A DNA stretch of 64,000 bases, taken from assembly GCA_016934735.1 (NCBI GenBank), contig JAFGSG010000055.1, forward strand, positions 2,111-66,110, written 5' to 3'. The notes under the pieces are model-generated. The model was given only the letters and a program-made list of their open reading frames with translations. It made no database searches and had not been told where the DNA came from. Below are positions 57,607-64,000 of this stretch, piece by piece (position 1 is the stretch's first letter; each line of letters starts with the position of its first letter). A program made the position numbers and the translations under genes. Source of the stretch: Spirochaetota bacterium. GTDB lineage: Bacteria > Spirochaetota > UBA4802 > JAFGDQ01.

Positions 57607-58416
57607 GTGACTGACATGAGAAATGCGATAGATTATCATATACATACAAAACTTTGCGGCCATGCGTCCGGTACAACGGATGAATATATACGCGAAGCGA
57701 TAAATAAAAAGCTGAAAGAAATCGGATTTTCAGATCACGCTCCTCTGCCGGAGGGTCTCAGAGAAGGGATAACGATGCTTCCTGAGGAAACAGAGAATTA
57801 TATAAAACTAATTGAGCAAAAAAGGAAAGAATATAATAACCAAATTGATATAAAGATAGGCTTTGAGATTGATTTTCCATTAACAGATGCCCTGGGAAGA
57901 AAATATCTGAATGATAACAGGCTGGATTATCTGATAGGCTCATGTCATTTTCTCGGAGACTGGGCCTTCGATCATCCTGATAATGTCAGTGGATTTAAAA
58001 ACAGAGATATTAATGAGATTTACAGCGATTATTATAAGATCATCTCTGATCTGGTCCAATCCGGATATTTTAACATAGTAGGGCATTTTGATCTTGTTAA
58101 GAAGTTCGGCCATCGTGCAAAAGCTGACTTTACAAAAACAGTTGAGAATCTGGCTCTCAGTATAACAAGGAATAAAAATATAGCTGTTGAAATTAATACA
58201 GCAGGAATTAGAAAACCTGTTAATGAGTTGTATCCTTCAGAAAACATAATTGAAATTTTTTATCGCATGAATGTTCCCTTAACATTCGGCTCAGATGCTC
58301 ATAAACCGGAAGAAGTCGGTTATATGTTTGATAAAGCTGAAGAAACAATAAAAAAAGCAGGTTATAGAAAGATTTCCGGTTATTCAAAAAAGCAAAGATA
58401 TGACATCCTCCTGTAA
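57607..58416 (+). CDS. Histidinol-phosphatase, HisJ/PHP family
   Basis: DYHIHT.LCGHA, FSDH.P, GHFDLVK, EINTAG and GSDAH. Confidence 0.88.
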   Translation: MTDMRNAIDYHIHTKLCGHASGTTDEYIREAINKKLKEIGFSDHAPLPEGLREGITMLPEETENYIKLIEQKRKEYNNQIDIKIGFEIDFPLTDALGRKYLNDNRLDYLIGSCHFLGDWAFDHPDNVSGFKNRDINEIYSDYYKIISDLVQSGYFNIVGHFDLVKKFGHRAKADFTKTVENLALSITRNKNIAVEINTAGIRKPVNELYPSENIIEIFYRMNVPLTFGSDAHKPEEVGYMFDKAEETIKKAGYRKISGYSKKQRYDILL

Positions 58417-59134
58417 TCCTTATAATGAAGCAAATAATAGATTTTTTTGCTTCAGTAATCACTCTCTGACACTGGGAGCTATTGGCAAATCAATAAATAC
58501 AATCGATTATTCAAATGATCTTGACAGCGTCAGGTTTCAGGAGATCGATCTTCTTAGCCGGTTTCTTGGTATAGAAAAGCGAACTATTTCAATGTTAAAT
58601 CAGGTTCACGGCGACTCGATTCTTGAAGTCAATGCGCCTTCGGAAGATGACAGAATTTTCCCTGACGCAGACGGTATGATTACATGCACCTATAAACACT
58701 GCCTTGTAATCCGTACGGCGGATTGTGTGCCTATCTTTGCATTTGATGCAAGACAGAAAGTACTTGGGGCGGCTCATTCAGGATGGAAGGGATGCAGATT
58801 GAATATTACCAATAAGTTGATTAAACATATGAAATCCCGATTCCAGTCAGAGAACAATGATTTACATATTTATATTTTACCATCCATAGGTCCGGATTCA
58901 TATGCTGTGAATATGGATGTGGGTTCTTTATTTAAAGATGATATAATAATTAAAGGTAATAAAATATATCTGAATCTATGGAATAATATTGCGAGAAATC
59001 TGACGGAAGAAGGAATACCTGATTTAAATATCCATCAATCGGGAATATGCACTTTTATTAATAATACTGATTATTTTTCATACAGACGCGGTGACATGGG
59101 ACGGAATTTGAATTTTGCTATGATAGATGGATAA
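58400..59134 (+). CDS. pgeF: YfiH/PgeF (laccase-domain) protein
   Basis: QVHG, TADCVP, AHSGWKG and FSYRR. Confidence 0.88.
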   Translation: MTSSCNPYNEANNRFFCFSNHSLTLGAIGKSINTIDYSNDLDSVRFQEIDLLSRFLGIEKRTISMLNQVHGDSILEVNAPSEDDRIFPDADGMITCTYKHCLVIRTADCVPIFAFDARQKVLGAAHSGWKGCRLNITNKLIKHMKSRFQSENNDLHIYILPSIGPDSYAVNMDVGSLFKDDIIIKGNKIYLNLWNNIARNLTEEGIPDLNIHQSGICTFINNTDYFSYRRGDMGRNLNFAMIDG

Positions 59135-59162
59135 TGGCATATAGTAAACAGTAAAATATGCC

Positions 59163-60194
59163 GTGTTGAATGCCCTAAAATTAAAAAATCGTGCTTTACA
59201 AATGAATAACCTTCTGGAAAATGCGTTAAATATTTCTTCTGCTAATTTAAAGAAGCAAATAATCCATATGAAGGATAAAGATAAAATAATTTTAGCTGAT
59301 CTTATCGATTTACGCAATCCAAAAGATGTATATTCAGGCGTAAAGAAGATATTTTTTTATCATTATCCTAAAAATCTTTTTAATGAAATTGAGAAATGTT
59401 ATAAACAGACCAAAACTCTGTTTGATGGTAAATATTCGAATTATAATGCATGCAACACAAAATATCATAATTTTATTCATACTCTTGATATTTTTTTAGC
59501 AACAGCCAGACTGCTCGATGGTTATAATCTTAAAGGAAATAAACTGCCGGAAAGACTTGCGATAAATTTACTAAAAGCAAGTTTGCTCCATGATAGTGGG
59601 TACATCCAGGAAAAGTGGGACAAAGAAGGCACCGGTGCCAAGCACGCACAAAATCATATCGGAAGAAGCATTGCGTTCATTGTTAAGAACCGGGTTAATT
59701 TTTCGGTTAGTAAAGAAGATGTTGACACGATTTCAAAAATGATAAGATGTACTGAAGTAAAGGATAATATCAGTAAAATTCCGTTTTCTTCGGAAGAAGA
59801 AAGAATGACCGGGATGATACTTGGATCCGCAGATATTCTTGGGCAGATGTCCGACAGGGAATATCTGGAAAGGTTGTTGTTCCTGTATAACGAGATGAAG
59901 GAGGCAGGTGTTCACGGATATACAACCGAGTTTGATATAATTAAAAGCACGCTTAAGCTGTATAAAATAATTAAAAAAAGATTAAATGACTCATTCAAAA
60001 AAGTTTATGGTTACGCGGAGGACCATTTCAGGATAAGATTTAACATTGATAAAAATTTATATATAGAAGCGATTGAAAAGAATATCGAATATATTGAAAA
60101 GATAATCAATGATAGTTCTACGAATTTTCGCCATAAACTAAAACGCGGCAATTTTCCGGATGTTTGCAGCATTAATGAAAAAAATAAATCGTAG
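59163..60194 (+). CDS. HD-domain metal-dependent phosphohydrolase (start uncertain)
   Basis: YHN..HT, LLHDSGY and ADILGQM. Confidence 0.85.
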   Translation: MLNALKLKNRALQMNNLLENALNISSANLKKQIIHMKDKDKIILADLIDLRNPKDVYSGVKKIFFYHYPKNLFNEIEKCYKQTKTLFDGKYSNYNACNTKYHNFIHTLDIFLATARLLDGYNLKGNKLPERLAINLLKASLLHDSGYIQEKWDKEGTGAKHAQNHIGRSIAFIVKNRVNFSVSKEDVDTISKMIRCTEVKDNISKIPFSSEEERMTGMILGSADILGQMSDREYLERLLFLYNEMKEAGVHGYTTEFDIIKSTLKLYKIIKKRLNDSFKKVYGYAEDHFRIRFNIDKNLYIEAIEKNIEYIEKIINDSSTNFRHKLKRGNFPDVCSINEKNKS

Positions 60195-60327
60195 AAGTTA
60201 AATAAATATCCGAATACAATAACGATATACTTAAGAAATGCCGTATAATCCTGCAATGAGTAAATAATAGACAATTTAACTGCCGCTAAAAGTCAAAAAT
60301 AAAAAAATACATTAATGAATAATAAGA

Positions 60328-61428
60328 ATGACTAATATTAACAAAGAAAGATTGATAAATTATTTTTTAGATCTTGTTAAAATTTCCTCTCCCAGCTGGA
60401 AAGAAGGCAGGGTAGTGGAATACATTGTTAATGTATTGAAAGATATTAAAGCAGATATTATTAAATATAAATGCGGCGAGTCAAACAATCTTCTCGTTCG
60501 TTTGTATGGAAATGTTCCGTGGACTCCGATATTATTTTCTGCGCATACGGATACTGTTACCCCTTGTGAAAATATTAAGCCTGTTGTTACGAAAACAAAA
60601 ATATTATCCGATGGAACAACAATACTTGGCGCGGACGACAAAGCCGCTATAGCGGCTTTTCTTGAAGCCATATCCCAGATAAAAGAAAATAATTTGCAGC
60701 ATGGCCCCATTGAATTTCTATTTACCTGCGCGGAAGAGATAGGTTTATACGGAATAAAAGAATTCGATCTGTCATTGCTTAACGCGAAATATGCATTCGT
60801 TTTTGACGGCGGAGGGGAAATCGGTAAAGTGATACTTAAGGCTCCGTATCAAACAACTTTTAATCTCATTATTAAAGGAAAGGCTGCCCATGCAGGCATT
60901 GCGCCTGAGAAAGGAGTAAGCGCAATCAGAATTGCTTCGGAGATCATTACAAAAATCCCGCACGGAAGGATTGATCATGAAACAACTGTGAATGTCGGAC
61001 TTATCTCCGGCGGCAAAGCAACGAATATTGTGGCAGAGGAGACATCTATTGCGCTTGAAGCGAGATCTATCAGCAGGGAAAAACTTAAGTCAATTGAAAA
61101 GAAGATAGAAAATATTGCAAACAGTATTGTCGATAAGAATAAAGCAAAGATAAAAATATATAAAAAATTAGAGTATTCCGGTTATGCAATTAAAGAAAAC
61201 GACAGGATTGTACGGATTCTTAATGACGCATTAAGAAAAATTCAAATAAAACCGGTTTATGAAAGTTCAGGTGGCGGAAGCGATACAAACGTTATAAACA
61301 GATCCGGAATTAAAGCTGTAAATCTTTCAATTGGGATGAGAGATGTTCATACAAAAAAAGAATATATTAATATTAAAGATTTAGTGAATGGGTCAAAATT
61401 AGTTCTTTCAATAATTGAAAGTGTTTAA
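60328..61428 (+). CDS. M20 family peptidase (peptidase T-like)
   Basis: AHTDTV, LGADDKA, EE.GL, AAHAG, GGGSD.N and VHT..E. Confidence 0.93.
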   Translation: MTNINKERLINYFLDLVKISSPSWKEGRVVEYIVNVLKDIKADIIKYKCGESNNLLVRLYGNVPWTPILFSAHTDTVTPCENIKPVVTKTKILSDGTTILGADDKAAIAAFLEAISQIKENNLQHGPIEFLFTCAEEIGLYGIKEFDLSLLNAKYAFVFDGGGEIGKVILKAPYQTTFNLIIKGKAAHAGIAPEKGVSAIRIASEIITKIPHGRIDHETTVNVGLISGGKATNIVAEETSIALEARSISREKLKSIEKKIENIANSIVDKNKAKIKIYKKLEYSGYAIKENDRIVRILNDALRKIQIKPVYESSGGGSDTNVINRSGIKAVNLSIGMRDVHTKKEYINIKDLVNGSKLVLSIIESV

Positions 61429-61444
61429 TTACCTGGCTGTAATT

Positions 61445-61464
61445 CCCCGTTGCTTGCGGCGGGG
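61445..61464. terminator. Palindrome after the M20 peptidase (terminator or REP-like)
   Basis: CCCCGTTGC-tt-GCGGCGGGG followed by TTCTTCATTT. Confidence 0.55.
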
Positions 61465-61571
61465 TTCTTCATTTATTTTATAAAAAAATTACGAATGACT
61501 TATAAGACAAAGCCTCCGATATAATTTATCAGGAGGCCTTTCTATTGACATATTTTTAAAAAAATAGATTT

Positions 61572-62345
61572 TTATTTTGGAATATATTTACTTGTCATTT
61601 GACTTAATGTATTCACCGTTTCTTTTACAAACGGATCCTCGCTCTGAAGACAGTAAACTCCAAGGTTAATTATCGGACTTATTCTGCTTCTACCCATATA
61701 GTAATATTTTACATCAAACGCCATGTCTGCGCTGCCGTTTTCGCTGTTTACAGAAAAGGAAAAGACCATCATCTCTTTTGTCAATTCATCCAAGTCTATT
61801 TTTTTTATGCGCAGCCCCTGTTTATGTCTAGAAATATTTGAAGGAACGTTAAGCAGTTTTTCGATTTCAGGTATACCCTCTTTATTGGGTGAGATCATAT
61901 AATTTTTACCCCCAAGCGGTATTGTCTCCTGTCTGCCGTTTACAATTATTTCTTTTAATTTTTTAAAATTTTCAGATGTACAGAATTTGTCAGGTTGCCC
62001 TTCGCGATCTATACGGTTCAGATCAATTGACCATTTTGCTGCAATATCTACTATCCCGTCAGCGTTGTTATCCTGAATTAAAATTATCTCCCTTTCGCCT
62101 GTTTTAAACTTGCCTATTATTATATTGCTGGTTTTTTTAATAGATTGAAAAACAGCATAATCGTTAGTTCCTGCCGGTATTGGCAGAAATCTCATATCCT
62201 GCGGTGTGACAATTTCACCGGGTACATAAGTGCCTCTTTCGACACGCGAAATTGTTACCCCCATTTTTTCCAATGACTGCACGTCAAATTGGCTTAAGAA
62301 ACTAAGTGCAAATACATAGATTATAATTTTTAATCCGGCCTTCAT
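61572..62345 (-). CDS. Hypothetical secreted protein
   Basis: Signal peptide and a DNNADG Ca-binding-like motif. SD AGGAGG. Confidence 0.75.
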   Translation of the reverse strand: MKAGLKIIIYVFALSFLSQFDVQSLEKMGVTISRVERGTYVPGEIVTPQDMRFLPIPAGTNDYAVFQSIKKTSNIIIGKFKTGEREIILIQDNNADGIVDIAAKWSIDLNRIDREGQPDKFCTSENFKKLKEIIVNGRQETIPLGGKNYMISPNKEGIPEIEKLLNVPSNISRHKQGLRIKKIDLDELTKEMMVFSFSVNSENGSADMAFDVKYYYMGRSRISPIINLGVYCLQSEDPFVKETVNTLSQMTSKYIPK

Positions 62346-62437
62346 GTTTTTCCTCCTGAATTTGGGTATTTATATGTATAATTATCGAATAAAAATAGTT
62401 AATTCCATATAATTTAAATAATAATATTTTTAAAATA

Positions 62438-63532
62438 TTATAGTCCTGTTATAAGGTCTAATTTTTTGGCTTTACCTTCGGAGAATACCAGTAATTTATC
62501 ACCTATTACTTCTACCTTGCCGTCATTTTTTATATTCCTTTTCCATAATACAGGCCCATCAATAGATGCGCAGAATACATAATCACCTGAAGCTATGTAA
62601 ATTTTATTGTCTTTTTGAATCGGAGGATTAATGATTTTCCCTTCCCACAACGGTTTTTCATTTTTAATAAAATATATTTCGTATCTGGTTATAAGAAGCC
62701 TGCCCTCTGGAACCGGCTGTTTTTTTTCAAGTATAACGACTTTTTTAATTTCTGCAATTACTTCTTTCGGTTTTTCTTTTACAGTAATCATTTCGTTATT
62801 TTCTTCTGCAAAATCTTCTATTTTAAATTTTTGGATCTCCTTGTTTGCTACTAAAACATCTTCCCTGTTTGTTTCACTTATCACTTTAAGTGTAGCCGCA
62901 TCAATGTCCTTATTTATTTTCTGCTCTTTCTCTATAGCCTGTTCTACTATCTTTTCAGTATGTTTGACCTCCTTTTCTGTGATTATTACTTTTTCCTCGC
63001 TGGCAAGACTTGGCGCGGTTTCCATGATTTTTCCAATAACTGCTTCATCAAGCTGTTTAACACGTTTTACCACTGTGACATTTCCATTGAAAACTTTAAT
63101 ACGTGAGGTTTTTTGAGTATCAGCTTCTACTGTGAATTTTGTTCCGCGCACTCCGGCAACCGCGGTTGGTGTTTTGACCAGGAAGTTTTCGGATTTTGAA
63201 AGTTTTTTGGCTTTACATAACAATTTACCCACATCGAGGTCGACACTTGTTCTTTCAATATCGTCTTTTCTGTACAATTCTGCCATTTTTACGTTGGACT
63301 TTTCTTTAACTCTGATGATTGAACCGCCTATTTTTATATCGCAGGAAGATTGCGCACCTGTTGCAATTATATCATTTTGAAGAATAATATCTCCGATCCC
63401 GATTTCTTTATTGTTCTTTTTTACATCACCGATGAAAAAAATTATTGTTGAATAGTCGTCTTCAGCTTCCTTTATGCATCCGAACGGCGTTATCAGTATA
63501 AGACATAGAACTGAATATAACAGCTTATTCAT
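62438..63532 (-). CDS. FecR-domain lipoprotein (LipL45-like)
   Basis: Lipobox-like PFGC, TG..S.CD and TPTAVAGVRGTKF. SD AGGAGG. Confidence 0.82.
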   Translation of the reverse strand: MNKLLYSVLCLILITPFGCIKEAEDDYSTIIFFIGDVKKNNKEIGIGDIILQNDIIATGAQSSCDIKIGGSIIRVKEKSNVKMAELYRKDDIERTSVDLDVGKLLCKAKKLSKSENFLVKTPTAVAGVRGTKFTVEADTQKTSRIKVFNGNVTVVKRVKQLDEAVIGKIMETAPSLASEEKVIITEKEVKHTEKIVEQAIEKEQKINKDIDAATLKVISETNREDVLVANKEIQKFKIEDFAEENNEMITVKEKPKEVIAEIKKVVILEKKQPVPEGRLLITRYEIYFIKNEKPLWEGKIINPPIQKDNKIYIASGDYVFCASIDGPVLWKRNIKNDGKVEVIGDKLLVFSEGKAKKLDLITGL

Positions 63533-63717
63533 ATTTAACCTCCTGATTGCTACTCATTAAAAAGAATATAAATAGTTTTTAAATATTACAACAATTATTT
63601 AACATATTTAGCAAAAATATGGTTTTTCTTTAATACTAACCAGTCTAATTTTTAAATTAATCAATGAAGGTTGTATAGGCAGATTTTTAGTGAATTACAT
63701 TATTTTTATAAAAATAT

Positions 63718-63747
63718 TTGACAAAGTGTTATTAATAATTGTATAAT
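63718..63747 (+). promoter_or_regulatory. Sigma70-type promoter
   Basis: TTGACA (63718-63723), 18 bp spacer, TATAAT (63742-63747). Confidence 0.7.
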
Positions 63748-63839
63748 TATGTGATATGTGTTAAATATGTATATTTGATGGATATTATGGGGGGAATACT
63801 TTAAAGGATTTTCTCCTGAAAACAGATGGAGGCAATTGA

Positions 63840-64000
63840 ATGTTAACAAAGAAAGTAGTAATACTGTTTGTAGTGGTTCTTGCTTGCATTTCTTTATTTT
63901 TATCGAGTGATCTTTATTCAGTAGATAACCCGTATTCGAGTGTTATAGATTATCTGCAAATAGAGGTAAGCTCTCTTACAAGGTACAATGAAGACAGGGT
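63840..64000 (+). CDS. Secreted protein, 3'-truncated by window edge
   Basis: GGAGG SD, then MLTKKVVILFVVVLACISLFLSSDLYS..., open to the end of the window. Confidence 0.7.
   Translation, partial: MLTKKVVILFVVVLACISLFLSSDLYSVDNPYSSVIDYLQIEVSSLTRYNEDR

Noticed and set aside
1-64000. Genome-wide TGA reassignment to explain the radC stop
   Set aside because: Conserved genes such as ftsZ, murC, murF and hemA end at TGA at their expected C-termini.

Overview
This is a bacterial chromosomal window, AT-rich and mostly housekeeping. FecR/LipL45-like lipoproteins, a dcw cluster without ftsI and ahbD suggest an anaerobic spirochaete-like organism (inference). It contains uup (frameshifted), ubiE/menG, kdsB, ruvB, a PTS IIA protein, signalling genes (GAF-GGDEF, GAF-PP2C, PAS hybrid kinase), the mraZ-ftsZ division/cell-wall cluster, radC (in-frame TGA), an M16C peptidase, hemA-ahbD, a HisJ-family phosphatase, a YfiH/PgeF protein and an M20 peptidase. 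The most striking feature is at 13.4-19 kb. Two paralogous, unannotated ribosome-dependent transcription attenuators with Tyr(/Phe)-rich leader peptides (SYYYFFYY and YFYYYYYYYPY) sit upstream of a radical 2-hydroxyacyl-CoA dehydratase subunit and of an MBL-fold hydrolase. An ATP-dependent activator and an acyl-CoA ligase follow, and a class II DAHP synthase converges on them. The attenuator geometry implies induction by tyrosine starvation, which suggests an undescribed CoA-dependent route supplying Tyr. Other signals are a degenerate 21-bp tandem array, an inverted pair of ~62-bp structured elements, REP-like repeats, an EAL remnant and a possible ATC start codon. I saw no rRNA, tRNA, CRISPR array or intact transposase.
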